Source of the DNA: the human T2T-CHM13v2.0 reference genome, Homo sapiens
Reading direction: 5' to 3' (one strand)
DNA length: 64,000 nt
NCBI RefSeq assembly: GCF_009914755.1
Contig: NC_060934.1
Position numbers and translations under genes: made by a program. Under the pieces are notes generated by a model, which searched no databases, was not told where the DNA came from, and was given only the letters and a program-made list of their open reading frames with translations. Within the stretch, counting starts at the first letter, position 1. Every line of letters starts with the position of its first letter. Of this stretch, positions 14,834-29,700 are shown piece after piece.

Positions 14834-17800
14834 CAACATCAAACGGAATCAAACGGAATTATCGAATGGAATCGAAGAGAATCATCGAATGGCCACGAAT
14901 GGAATCATCTAATGGAATGCAATGGAATAATCCACGGACCCGAATGCAATCATCATTGAATAGAAACGAATGGAATCATCGAGTGGACTCGAATGGAATA
15001 ATCATTGAATAGAATCGAATGGAATCATCGTCGAATGGAAACGAATGGAATCATCATCGAATGGAAATGAAAGGAGTCATCATCTAATGGAATCGCATGG
15101 AATCATCATCAAATGGATTCGAATGGAATCATCATCGAATGGAATCTAATTGAATCATTGAACGGAATTGAATGGAATCGTCATCGAATGAATTGAATGC
15201 AATCATCGAATGGTCTCGAATGGAATCATCTTCAAATGGAATGGAATGGAATCATCGCATAGAATCGAATGGAATTATCATCGAATGGACTAAAATGGAA
15301 TCAACATCAAACGGAATTATCGAATGGAATCGAAGAGAATCAACGAATGGCCTCGAATAGAATCATCAAATGGAATGGAATGGAATAATCCATTGACCCG
15401 AATGCAATCACCATCAAATAGAATCGAATGGAATCATCGAATGGAATCGAATGGAATAATCATTGAACGGAATCGAATGGAACCATCGTCGAATGGATAC
15501 GAATGGAATCATCATCGAATGCAAATGAAAGGAGTCATCATCTAATGGAATCGCATGGAAACAGCATCAAATGGAATCGAATGGAAGCATCATCGAATGG
15601 AATCTAATGGAATCATTGAACGGAATTGAATGGAATCGTCACCGAATGGATTGAATGCAATCATCGAATGGTCTCGAGTGGAATCATCTTCAAATGGAAT
15701 GGAATGGAATCATCTCATAGAATCGAATGGAATTATCATTGAATCGACTCAAATGGAATCAACATCAATCGGAATCCAACGGAATTACCGAATGGAATCG
15801 AAGAGAATCATCGAATGGACTCGAATGGAATCATCTAATGAAATAGAATGGAATAATCCATGGACTCGAATGCAATCATCATCAAATGGAATCGAATGGA
15901 ATCGTCGAATGGACTCGAATGGAATAAACATTGAACGGAATCGAATGGAATCATCACCAGATAGAAACGAATAGAATCATCATCGAATGGAATCGAATGT
16001 GATCATCAAATGGAATCAGATGGAATCATCATCAAATGGAATCGAATAGAATTATGGAATGGAATCCAATGTGATCATCATCGAATGAACTCGAACGGAA
16101 TCATCATCCAATGGAAACTAATGGAATCAACATCGAATGGAATCGAATGGAAACACCATCGAATTGAAACGAATGGAATTATCATGAAATTGAAATGGAT
16201 GGACTCATCATCGAATGGATTCGAATGGAATCATCGAATGAAATTGATTGAAATCATCATCATATGGAATCGAATGGAATCATTGAATGGAATCGAATGG
16301 AATCATCATCAGATGGAAATGAATGGAATCATCATAGAATGGAATCGAATGGATTCATTGAATGGAATCAGATGGAATCATCGAATGGACTTGAATGGAA
16401 TCATTGAATGGACTCGAATGGAATCTTTATTGAATGGAATTGAATGTAATCATTGAATGGACTCGAATGGAATCATTATCAAATGGAATCGAATGGAATC
16501 ACCGAATAGAATCGAATGGAACAATCATCGAATGGACTCAAATGGAATTATCCTCAAATGGAATCGAATGGAATTATCGAATGCAATCGAATGGAATTAT
16601 CGAATGCAATCGAATAGAATCATCCAATGCACTCGACTGGAATCATGGAATGGAATGGAATGGAATAGTCAATGAACTCGAATGGAATCATCATTGAATG
16701 GAATCGAATGGAATCATCGAGTGGAATCGAATGGAATTATGATCAAATGGAATCGAATGTAATAATCATCAAACGGAATCAAAAATATCCATCATCAATT
16801 GGTATTGAATGGAATTGTCATCAAATGTTATTCAAAGGAATTATCATCAAATGGAACCGAATGAAATCCTCGTTGAATGGAAATGAAAGGAGTCATCATC
16901 TAATGGAATCGCATGGAATCATCATCACATGGAATGGAATGGAATCATCATCGAATGGAATCTAATGGAATCATTGAACGGAATTGAATGGAATCGTCAT
17001 CGAATGAATTGAATGCAATCATCGAATGGTCTCGAATGGAATCATCTTCAAATGGAAAGGAATGGAATAATCGCATAGAATCGAATGGAATTGTCATTGA
17101 ATGGACTCGAATGGAATCAACATCAAACGGAATCAAACGGAATTATCGAATGGAATCGAAGAGAATCATCGAATGGCCACGAATGGAATCATCTAATGGA
17201 ATGCAATGGAATAATCCACGGACCCGAATGTAATCGTCATTGAATAGAAACTAATGGAATCATCGAATGGACTCGAATGGAATAATCATTGAATAGAATC
17301 GAATGGAATCATCGTCGAATGGAAACGAATGGAATCATCATCGAATGGAAATGAAAGGAGTCATCATCTAATGGAATCGCATAGAATCATCATCAAATGG
17401 CATAGAATGGAATCATCATCGAATGGATTCTAATGGAATCATTGAACGGAATTGAATGGTATCGTCATCGAAAGAATTGAATGCAATCATCGAATGGTCT
17501 CGAATGGAATCATCTTCAAATGGAATGGAATGTAATAATCGCATAGAATCGAATGGAATTATCATTGAATGGACTCAAACGGAATCAATATCAAACGGAA
17601 TCAAACGGAATTATCAAATGGAATCGAAGAGAATCATCGAATGGACTCGAATGGAATCATCTAATGAAATAGAATGGAATAATCCATGGACTCGCATGCA
17701 ATCACCATGAAATGGAAGCGAATGGAATCGTCGAATGGAATCGAATGGAATAAACATTGAACGGAATAGAATGGAGTAATCACCGGATGGAAACGAATGG

Positions 17801-20800
17801 AATAATCATCGAATGGAATAATAAGATGGAATCATCATCAAATGGAATCGAATAGAATTTTGGAATGAAATCCAATGTGATCATCATCGAATGGACTCGA
17901 ACGGAATCGTCATCCAATGGAAACTAATGGAATCAACATCGACTGGAATCGAATGGAAACACCATCGAATTGAAACGAATCTAATTATCATGAAACTGAA
18001 ATGGATGGACTCATCATCGAATGGATTCGAATGGAATCACCGAATGAAATTGATAGAAATCATCATCAAATGGAATCGAATGGAATCATTGAATGGAATC
18101 GAATGGAATCATCATCAGATGGAAATGAATGGAATCATCACTGAATGGAAATGAAAGGAGTCATCATCTAATGGAATCGCATGGAATCATCATCGAATGG
18201 AATCTAATTGAATCATTGAACGGAATTGAATGGAATCGTCATCGAATGAATTGAATGCAATCATCGAATGGTCTCGAATGGAATCATCTTCAAATGGAAT
18301 GGAATGGAATCATCGCATAGAATCGAATGGAATTATCATCGAAGGGACTAAAATGGAATCAACATCAAACGGAATTATCGAATGGAATCGAAGAGAATCA
18401 ACGAATGGCCTCGAATAGAATCATCAAATGGAATGGAATGCAATAATCCATTGACCCGAATGCAATCACCATCAAATAGAATCGAATGGAATCATCGAAT
18501 GGACTCGAAAGGAATAATCATTGAATGGAATAGAATGGAACCATCGTCGAATGGATACGAATGGAATCATCATCGAATGCAAATGAAAGGAGTCATCATC
18601 TAATGGAATCGCATGGAATCAGCATCAAATGGAATCGAATGGAATCATTGAATGGAATCGAATGGAGTCATCATCAGATGGAAATGAATGGAATCATCAT
18701 AGAATGGAATCGAATGGATTCATTGAATGGAATCAGATGGAATCATCGAATGGACTTGAATGGAATCATTGAATGGACTCGAATGGAATCATTATTGCAT
18801 GGAATTGAATGGAATCATCGAATGGTCCCGAATGGAGTCATTATCAAATGGAATCGAGCGGAATCACCGAATAGAATCGAATGGAACAAACATCGAATGG
18901 ACTCAAATGTAATTATCCTCAAATGGAACCGAATGGAATTATCAAATGCAATCGAATGGAATTATCGAATGCAATCGAATAGAATCATCGAATGGACTCG
19001 AATGGAATCATCGAATGGAAGGGAATAGAATAGTCAATGAACTCGAATGGAATCATCATTGAATGGATTCGAATGGAATCATCGAGTGGAATCGAATGGA
19101 ATCATGATCAAATGGAATCGAATGTAATCATCCTCAAATGGAATCAAAAATAAACATCATCAATTGGTATTGAGTGGAATTGTCATCAAATGAAATTCAA
19201 AGGAATCATCAAATGGAACCGAATGGAATCCTCATTGAATGGAAATGAAAGGAGTCATCATCTAATGGAATGGCATGGAATCATCATCAAATGGAATCTA
19301 ATGAAATCCTTGAACTGAATTGAATGGAATCGTCATCGAATGAATTGAATGCAATCATCGAATGGTTTGGAATGGAATCATCTTCAAATGGAAAGGAATG
19401 GAATCATCGCATAGAATCGAATGGAATTATCATCGAATGGCCACGAATGGAATCATCTAATGGAATGGAATGGAATAATCCATGGACCCGAATGCAATCA
19501 TCATCGAATAGAATCGAATGGAATCATCGAATGGACTCGAATGGAATAATCATTGAACGCAATCGAATGGAATCATCGAGTGCAATCGAATGGAATCATG
19601 ATCAAATGGAATCGAATGTAATCATCATCAAATGGAATCCAAAATCACCATCATCAATTGGTACTGAATGGAATTGTCATCAAATGGAATTCAAAGGAAT
19701 CATCATCAAATGGAACCGAATGGAATCCTCATTGAATGGAAATGAAAGGAGTCATCATCTAATGGAATCGCATGGAATCATCATCAAATGGAATCGAATG
19801 GAATCATCATCAAATGGAATCGAATGGAATCATTGAACGGAATTGAATCGAATCGTCATCGAATGAATTGAATGCAATCATCGAATGGTCTCGAATGGAA
19901 TCATCTTCAAATGGAAAGGAATGGAATCATCGCATAGAATCGAATGGAATTATCATCGAATGGACTCGAATGGAATCAACATCAAACGGAATCAAACGGA
20001 ATTATCGAATGGAATCGAAGAGAATCATCGAATGGACTCGAATGGAATCATCTAATGGAATGGAATGGAATAATCCATGGACCCGAATGCAATCATCATC
20101 GAATAGAATCGAATGCAATCATCGAATGGACTCGAATGGATTAATCATTGAACCAAATCCAATGGAATCATCATCGAATGGAAACGAATGGAATCATCAT
20201 CGAATGGAAATGGAAGGAGTCATCATCTAATGGAATCGCATGGAATCATCATCAAATGGAATCAAATGGAATCATCATCGAATGGAATCTAATGGAATCA
20301 TTGAACGGAATTGCATGGAATCGTCATCGAATGAATTGAATGCAATCATCGAATGGTCTCGAATGGAATCATCTTCAAATGGAATGGAATGGAATCATCG
20401 CATAGAATCGAATGGAATTATCATCGAATGGACTCAAATGGAATCAACATCAAACGGAATCAAACGGAATTATCGAATGGAATCGAAGAGAATCATCGAA
20501 TGGACTCGAATGGAATCATCTAATGAAATAGAATGGAATAATCCATGGACTCGAATGCAATCATCATCAAATGGAATCGAATGGAATCGTCGAATGGACT
20601 CGAGTGGAATAAACATTCAATGGAATCGAATGGAATCGTCACCGGATGGAAACGAATGGAATCATCATCGAATGGAATCGAATGGAATCATCAAATGGAA
20701 TCAGATGGAATCATCATCAAATGGAATCGAATAGAATTATGGAATGAAATCCAATGTGATCATCATCGAATGGACTCGAACGGAATCATCATCCAATGGA

Positions 20801-23800
20801 AACTAATGGAATCAACATCGAATGGAATCGAATGGAAACGCCATCGAATTGAAACGAATGGAATTATAATGAAATTGAAATGGATGGACTCATCATGGAA
20901 TGGATTCGAATGGAATCACCGTATGAAATTGATAGAAATAATCATCAAATGGAATCGAATGGAATCATTGAATGACATCGAATGGAATCATCATCAGATG
21001 GAAATGAATAGAATCATCACTGAATGGAATTGAATGGATTCATTGAATGGAATCTGATGGAATCATCGAATGGACTTGAATGGAATGATTGAATGGACTC
21101 GAATGGAATCTTTATTGAATGGAATTGAATGGAATCATCGAATGGTCTCGAATGGAATCATTATCAAATGGAATCGAATGGAATCACCGAATAGAATCGA
21201 ATGGAACAATCATCGAATGGACTCAAATGGAATTATCCTCAAATGGAATCGAATGGATTTATCGAATGCAATCGACTGGAATTATCGAAAGCAATCGAAT
21301 AGAATCATCGAATGGACTCGAATGGAATCATCGAATGGAATGGAATGGAAGAGTCAATGAACTCGAATGGAATCATCATTGAATGGAATCGAATGGAATC
21401 ATCGAGTGGAATCGAATGGAATCATGATCAAATGGAATCGAATGTAATCATCATCAAATGGAATCCAAAATCACCATCATCAATTGGTTCCTAATGGAAT
21501 TGTCATCAAATGGAATTCAAAGGAATCATCATCAAATGGAACCGAATGGAATCCTCATTGAATGGAAATGAAAGGAGTCATCATCTAATGGAATCGCATG
21601 GAATCATCATCAAATGGAATTGAATGGAATCATCATCAAATGGAATCGAATGGAATCATTGAACGAAATTGAATGGAATCGTCATCGAATGAATTGAATG
21701 CAATCATTGAATGGTCTCGAATGGAATCATCTTCAAATGGAAAGGAATGGAATCATCGCATAGAATCGAATGGAATTATCATTGAATGGACTCGAATGGA
21801 ATCAACATCAAATGGAATCAAACGGAATTATCGAATGGAATCGAAGAGAATCATCGAATGGCCACGTATGGAATCATCTAATGGAATGGAATGGAATAAT
21901 CCATGGACCCGAATGCAATCATCATCGAATAGAATCGAATGGAATCATCGAATGGACTCGAATGGAATAATCATTGAACGCAATCGAATGGAATCATCGA
22001 GTGGAATCGAATGGAATCATGATCAAATGGAATCGAATGTAATCATCATCAAATGGAATCCAAAATCACCATCATCAATTGGTACTGAATGGAATTGTCA
22101 TCAAATGGAATTCAAAGGAATCATCATCAAATGGAACCGAATGGAATCCTCATCGAATGGAAATGAAAGGAGTCATCATCTAATGGAATCGCATGGAGTC
22201 ATCATCAAATGGAATCGAATGGAATCATCATCGAATGGAATCGAATGGAATCATTGAACGGAATTGAATGGAATCGTCATCGTATGAATTGAATGCAATC
22301 ATCGAATGGTCTCGAATGGAATCATCTTCAAATGGAATGGAATGGAATCATCGCATAGAATCGAATGGAATTATCATCGAATGGACTCAAATGGAATCAA
22401 CATCAATCGGAATCAAACGGAATTATCGAATGGAATCGAAGAGAATCATCGAATGGACTCGAATGGAATCATCTAATGAAATAGAATGGAATAATCCATG
22501 GATTCGAATGCAATCATCATCAAATGGAATCGAATGGAATCGTCGAATGGACTCGAATGCAATAAACATTGAACGGAATCGAATGGAATCTTCACCGGAT
22601 GGAAACGAATGGAATCATCATCGAATGGAATCGAATGGAATCATCAAACGGAACCAGATGGAATCATCATCAAATGGAATCAAAAATAACCATCATCAAT
22701 TGGTATTGAATGGAATTGTCATCAAAAGGAATTCAAAGGAATCATCATCAAATGGAATCGAATGGAATCATCATCAAATGGAATCTAATGTTATCATTGA
22801 ACGGAATTGAATGGAATCGGCATTGAATGAATTGAATGCAATCATCAAATAGTCTCTAATGCAATCATCTTCAAATGGAAAGGAATGGAATCATCGCATA
22901 GAATCGAATGGAATTATCATTGAATGGACTAAAATGGAATCAACATCAAACGGAATCAAACGGAATTATCGAATGGAATTGAAGAGAATCATCGAATGGC
23001 CACGAATGGAATCATCTAATGGAATGGAATGGAATAATACATGGACCCGAATGCAATCATCATCGAATAGAATCGAATGGAATCGTCTAATGGACTCGAA
23101 TGCAATAATCATTGAACGGAATCGAATGGAATCATCGTCGAATGGAAACGAATGGAATCATCATCGAATGGAAATGAAAGGAGTCATCATCTAATGGAAT
23201 CGCATGGAATCATCAGCAAATGGAATCGAATGGAATCATCATCGAATGGAATCTAATGGAATCATTGAACGGAATTGAATGGAATCGTCATCGAATGTAT
23301 TGAATGCAATCATCGAGTGGTCTCGAATGGAATCATCTTCAAATGGAATGGAATGGAATCATCGCATAGAATCGAATTGAATTATCATCGAATGGACTCG
23401 AATGTAATCATCTATTGAAATAGAATGGAATAAACCATGGACTCGAATGCAACCATCATCAAATGGAATCGAATGGAATCGTCGAATGGACTCGAATGGA
23501 ATAAACATTGAACGGAATCGAATGGAATCATCACCGAATGGAAATGAATTGAATCATCATCGAATGGAATGGAATGGAATCATCAAATGGAATCAGATGG
23601 AATCATCATCAAATGAAATCCAATAGAATTATGGAATGAAATCCAATGTGATCATCATCGAATGGACTCGAATAGAATCATCATCCAATGGAAACTAATA
23701 GAATCAACATCTAATGGACTCAAATGGAATTATCCTCAAATGGATTCGAATGGAATTTTCGAATGCAATCGAATGGAATTATCGAATGCAATCGAATAGA

Positions 23801-26700
23801 ATCATCGCATGGACTCGAATGCAATCATCGAATGGAATGTAATGGAATAACAATGAACTCGAATGGAATCATCATTGAATGGAATCGAATGGAATCACGA
23901 TCAAATGGAATCAAATGTAATCACGGTCAAATGGAATCGAATGTAATCATCATCAAATGGAATCAAAAATAACCATCATCAATTGGTATTGCATGGAATT
24001 GTCATCAAATTGAATTCAAAGGAATCATCATCAAATGGAATCGAATGGAATCATCATCAAATGGAATCTAATGGTATCATTGAACGGAATTGAATGGAAT
24101 CGGCATTGAATGAATTGAATGCAATCATCGAATGGTCTCTAATGGAATCATCTTCAAATGGAAAGGAATGGAATCATCGCATAGAATCGAATGGAATTAT
24201 CATTGAATGGACTAAAATGGAATCAACATCAAACGGAATCAAACGGAATTATCGAATGGAATTGAAGAGAATCATCGAATGGCCACGAATGGAATCATCT
24301 AATGGAATGGAATGGAATAATCCATGGACCCGAATGCAATCATCATCGAATAGAATCGAATGGAATCATCGAATGGACTCGAATGGAATAATCATTGAAC
24401 GGAATCGAATGGAATCATTGTCGAATGGAAACGAAAGGAATCACCATCGAATGGCAATGAAAGGAGTCATCATCTAATGGAATCGCATGGAGTCATCATC
24501 AAATGGAATCTAATGGAATAATCACCGAATGGAATCTAATGGAATCATTGAACGGAATTGAATGGAATCGTCATCGAATGAATTGAATGCAATCATCGAA
24601 TGGTCTCGAATGGAATCATCTTCAAATGGAATGGAATGGAATCATCGCATAGAATCGAATGGAATTATCATCGAATGGACTCAAATGGAATCAACATCAA
24701 TCGGAATCAAACGGAATTATCGAATGGAATCGAAGAGAATCATCGAATGGACTCGAATGGAATCATCTAATGAAATAGAATGGAATAATCCATAGACTCG
24801 AATGCAATCATCATCAAATGGAATCGAATGGAATCGTCGAATGGACTCGAATGCAATAAACATTGAACGGAATCGAATGGAATCTTCACCGGATGGAAAC
24901 GAATGGAATCATCATCGAATGGAAACGAATGGAATCATCAAACGGAATCAGATGGAATCATCATCAAATGGAATCGAATAGAATTATGGAATGAAATCCA
25001 ATGTGATCATCATCGAATGGAATCGAACAGAATCATCATCCATTGGAAACTAATGGAACAAACATCGAATGGAATTGAATGGAAACACCGTCGAATTGAA
25101 ACGAATGGAATTATCATGAAATTGAAATGGATGGACTCATCATCGAATGGATTCGAATGGAATCATCGAATGAAATTGAATGAAATCCTCATCAAATGGA
25201 ATCGGTTGGAATCATTGAATGAAATCGAATGGAATCATCATCAGATGGAAATGAATGGAATCATCATAGAATGGGATCGAATGGATTCATTGAATGGAAT
25301 CAGATGGAATCATCGAATGGACTTGAATGGAATCATTGAATGGACTCGAATGGAATCATTATTGCATGGAATTGAATGGAATCATCGAATGGTCTCGAAT
25401 GGAATCATTATCAAATGGAATCGAATGGAATCACCGAATAGAATCGAATGGAACAATCATCGAATGGACTCAAATGGAATTATCCTCAAATGGAACCGAA
25501 TGGAATTATCGAATGCAATCGAATGGAATTATCGAATGCAATCGAATAGAATCATCGAATGGACTCGAATGGAATCATCGAATGGAAGGGAATGGAATAG
25601 TCAATGAACTCGAATGGAATCATCATTGAATGGAATCGAATGGAATCATCGAGTGGAATGGAATGGATTCATGATCAAATGGAATCGAATGGAATCATGA
25701 TTGAATGGAATCGAATGGAACCATCGAGTGGAATCGAATGGAATCATGATCAAATGGAATCGAATGTAATCATCCTCAAATGGAATCAAAAATAACAATC
25801 ATTAATTGGTATTGAATGGAATTGTCATCAAATGGAATTCAAAGGAATCATCAAAAGGAACCGAATGGAATCCTCATTGAATGGAAATGAAAGGAGTCAT
25901 CATCTAATGGAATGGCATGGAATCATCATCAAATGGAATCGAATGGAATCATCATCAAATGGAATCTAACGGAATCCTTGAACGGAATTGAATGGAATCG
26001 TCATCGAATGAATTGAATGCAATCATCGAATGGTTTGGAATGGAATCATCATCAAATGGAAAGGAATGGAATCATCGCATAGAATCTAATGGAATTATCA
26101 TTGAATGGACTCGAATGGAATCAACATCAAACAGAATCAAATGGAATTATCGAATGAAATCGAAGAGAATCATCGAATTGCCACGAATGGAATCATCTAA
26201 TGGAATGGAATGGAAGAATCCATGACCCCAATGCAATCATCATCGAATAGAATCGAATGGAATCATCGAATGGACTCGAATGCAATAACCATTGAAAGGA
26301 ATCAAATGGAATCATCGTCGAATGGAAATGAAAGGAGTCATCATCTAATGGAATCGCATGGAATCATCATCAATTGGAATCGAATGGAATCATCATCGAA
26401 TGGAATCTAATGGAATCATTGAACGGAATTGAATGGAATCGTCATCGAATGTATTGAATGCAATCATCGAATGGTCTCGAATGGAATCATCTTCAAATGG
26501 AATGGAATGGAATCATCGCATAGAATCGAATGGAATTATCATGGAATGGACTCGAATGGAATCATCTTATGAAATAGAATGGAATAATCCATGGACTCGA
26601 ATGCAATCATCATCAAATGGAATCGAATGGAATCATCGAATGGACACGAATGGAATAAACATTGAACGGAATCGAATGGAATCATCACCGAATGGAAACG
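14834..26700 (+). repeat. Diverged, rearranged HSat2 half of the macro-unit with no long internal tandem period (repeated at ~44790-56656)
   Basis: Core-landmark (aatccaATGTG) spacings are irregular: 2358, 1806, 2879, 2892, 1355, 1799 bp. Many private substitutions and deletion junctions. Confidence 0.85.
15147..15157 (+). promoter_or_regulatory. Candidate DUX4-type double-homeobox site TAATTGAATCA (also 18205, 45103, 48161)
   Basis: Matches the DUX4 consensus TAAYBBAATCA. The commoner TAATGGAATCA form occurs at e.g. 931, 1745, 2142 and 2584. Motif match only; binding not shown. Confidence 0.35.
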
Positions 26701-29700
26701 AATGGAATCATCATCGAATGGAATCGAATGGAATCATCAAATGGAATCAGATGGAATCATCATCAAATGGAATCGAATAGAATTATGGAATGAAATCCAA
26801 TGTGATCATCATCGAATGGACTCGAACGGAACCATCATCCAATGGAAACTAATGGAATCAACAACGCATGGAATCGAATGGAAACGCCATCGAATTGAAA
26901 CGAATGGAATTATCATGAAATTGAAATGGATGGACTCATCATCGAATGGATTCGCATGGAATCATCGAATGAAATTTATTGAAATCATCATCATATGGAA
27001 TCGAAAGGAATCATTGAATGGAATCGAATGGAATCATCATCAGATGGAAATGAATGGAATCATCAGAGAATGGAATCGAATGGATTCATTGAATGGAATC
27101 AGATGGAATCATCGAATGGACTTGAGTGGAATCATTGAATGGACTCGAATGGAATCATTATTCAAAGGAATTGAATGGAATCATCGAATGGTCTCGAATG
27201 GAATCATTATCAAATGGAATCGAATGGAACCACCGAATAGAATCCAATGGAACAATCATCGAATGGACTCAAATGGAATTATCCTCAAAAGGAATCGAAT
27301 GGAATTATCGAATGCAATCGAATGGAATTATCGAATGCAATCGAATAGAATCATCGAATGGACTCGAATGGAATCGTCGAAAGGAATGGAATGGAATAGT
27401 CAATGAACTCGAATGGATCATCATTGAATGGAATCGAATGGAATCATCGAGTGGAATCGAATGGAATCATGATCAAATGGAATCGAATGTAATCATCATC
27501 AAATGGAATCAAAAATAACCTTCATCAATTGGTATTGAATAGAATTGTCATCAAATGGAATTCAAAGTAATCATCATCAAATGGAATCGAATGGAATCAT
27601 CATCAAATGGAATCTAATGGTATCATTGAACGGAATTGAATGGAATTGGCATTGAATGAATTGAATGCAATCATCGAATGGTCTCTAATGGAATCATCTT
27701 CAAATGGAAAGGAATGGAATCATCGCATAGAATCGAATGGAATTATCATTGAATGGACTAAAATGGAATCAACATCAAACGGAATCAAACGGAATTATCG
27801 AATGGAATCAAAGAGAATCATCGAATGGCCACGAATGGAATCATCTAATGGAATGGAATGGAATAATCCATGGACCCGAGTGCAATCATTCTCGAATAGA
27901 ATCGAATGGAATAATCGAATGGACTCGAATGGAATAATCATTGAAAGGAATCAAATGAAATCATCGTCGAATGGAAACGAATGGAATCATCATCGAATTT
28001 AAATGAAAGGAGTCATCATCTAATGGAATGGCATGGAATCATCATCAAATGGAATCGAATGGAATCATCATCGAATGGAATCTAATGGAATCATTGAACG
28101 GAATTGAATGGAATCATCATTGAATGAATTGAATGCAATCATGGAATGGTCTCGAATGGAAACATCTTCAAATGGAATGGAATGGAATCATCGCATAGAA
28201 TCGAATGGAATTATCATCGAATGGACTCAAATGGAATCAACATCAAACGGAATCAAACGGAATTATCGAATGGAATCGAAGAGAATCATCGAATGACCAC
28301 GAATGGAATCATCTAATGGAATGGAATGGAATAATCCATGGACCCGAATGCAATCGTCTTCGAATAGAATCGAATGGAATCATCGAATGGACTCGAATGG
28401 AATGATCATTGAACGGAATCGAATGGAATCATCGTCGAATGGAAATGAAAGGAGTCATCATCTAATGGAATCGCATGGAATCATCATCAAATGGAATCGA
28501 ATGGAATCATCATCGAATGGAATCTAATGGAATCATTGAACGGAATTGAATGGAATCGTCATCGAATGTATTGAATGCAATCATCGAATGGTCTCGAGTG
28601 GAATCATCTTCAAATGGAATGGAATGGAATCATCGCATAGAATCGAATGGAATTATCATCGAATGGACTCAAATGGAATCAACATCAATCGGAATCCAAT
28701 GGAATTATCGAATGGAATCGAAGAGAATCATCGAATGGACTCGAATGGAATCATCTAATGAAATAGAATGGAAGAATCCATGGACTCGAATGCAATCATC
28801 ATCAAATGGAATCGAATGGAATCGTCGAATGGACTCGAATGCAATAAACATAGAACGGAATTGAATGGAATCATCATCGGAGGTAAACGAATGCAATTAT
28901 CATGGAATGGAATCGAATGGTATCATCAAATGGAATCAGATCGAATCATCATCAAATGGAATCGAATAGAATTATGCAATGAAATCCAATGTGATCATCA
29001 TCGAATGGACTCGAACGGAATCATCATTCAATGGAAACTAATGGAATCAACATCGAATGGAATCGAATGGAAACACCATCGAATTGAAACGAATGGAATT
29101 ATCATGAAATTGAAATGGATGGACTCATCATGGAATGGATTCGAATGGAATCAGCGAATGAAATTCATTGAAATCATCATCAAATGTAATCGAATGGAAT
29201 CATTGAATGGAATCGAATGGAATCCACATCAGATGGAAATGAATGGAATCATCAGAGAATGGAATCGAATGGATTCATTGAATGGAATCAGATGGAATCA
29301 TCGAATGGACTTGAATGGAATCATTGAAAGGACTCAAATGGAATCATTATTGAATGGAATTGAATGGAATCATCGAATGGTCTCCAATGGAATCATTATC
29401 AATGGAATCGAATGGAATCACCGAATAGAATAGAATTGAACAATCATTGAATGGTCTCAAATGGAATTATCCTCAAATGGAATCGAATGGAATTATCGAA
29501 TGCAATCGAATGGAATTATCGAATGCAATTGAATAGAATCAATGAATGGACTCGAATGGAATCATCGAATGGAATGGAATGGAATAGTGAATGAACTTGA
29601 ATGGAATCATCATTGAATGGAATCGAATGGAATCATCGAGTGGAATCGAATTGTATCATGATCAAATGGAATCGAATGTAATCATCATCAAATGGAATCA

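Noticed and set aside
18064-18700. Mobile element with a target-site duplication
   Set aside because: The insert is itself HSat2 copied from nearby, with no terminal repeats or poly(A). A ~77-bp flanking repeat fits recombination better.
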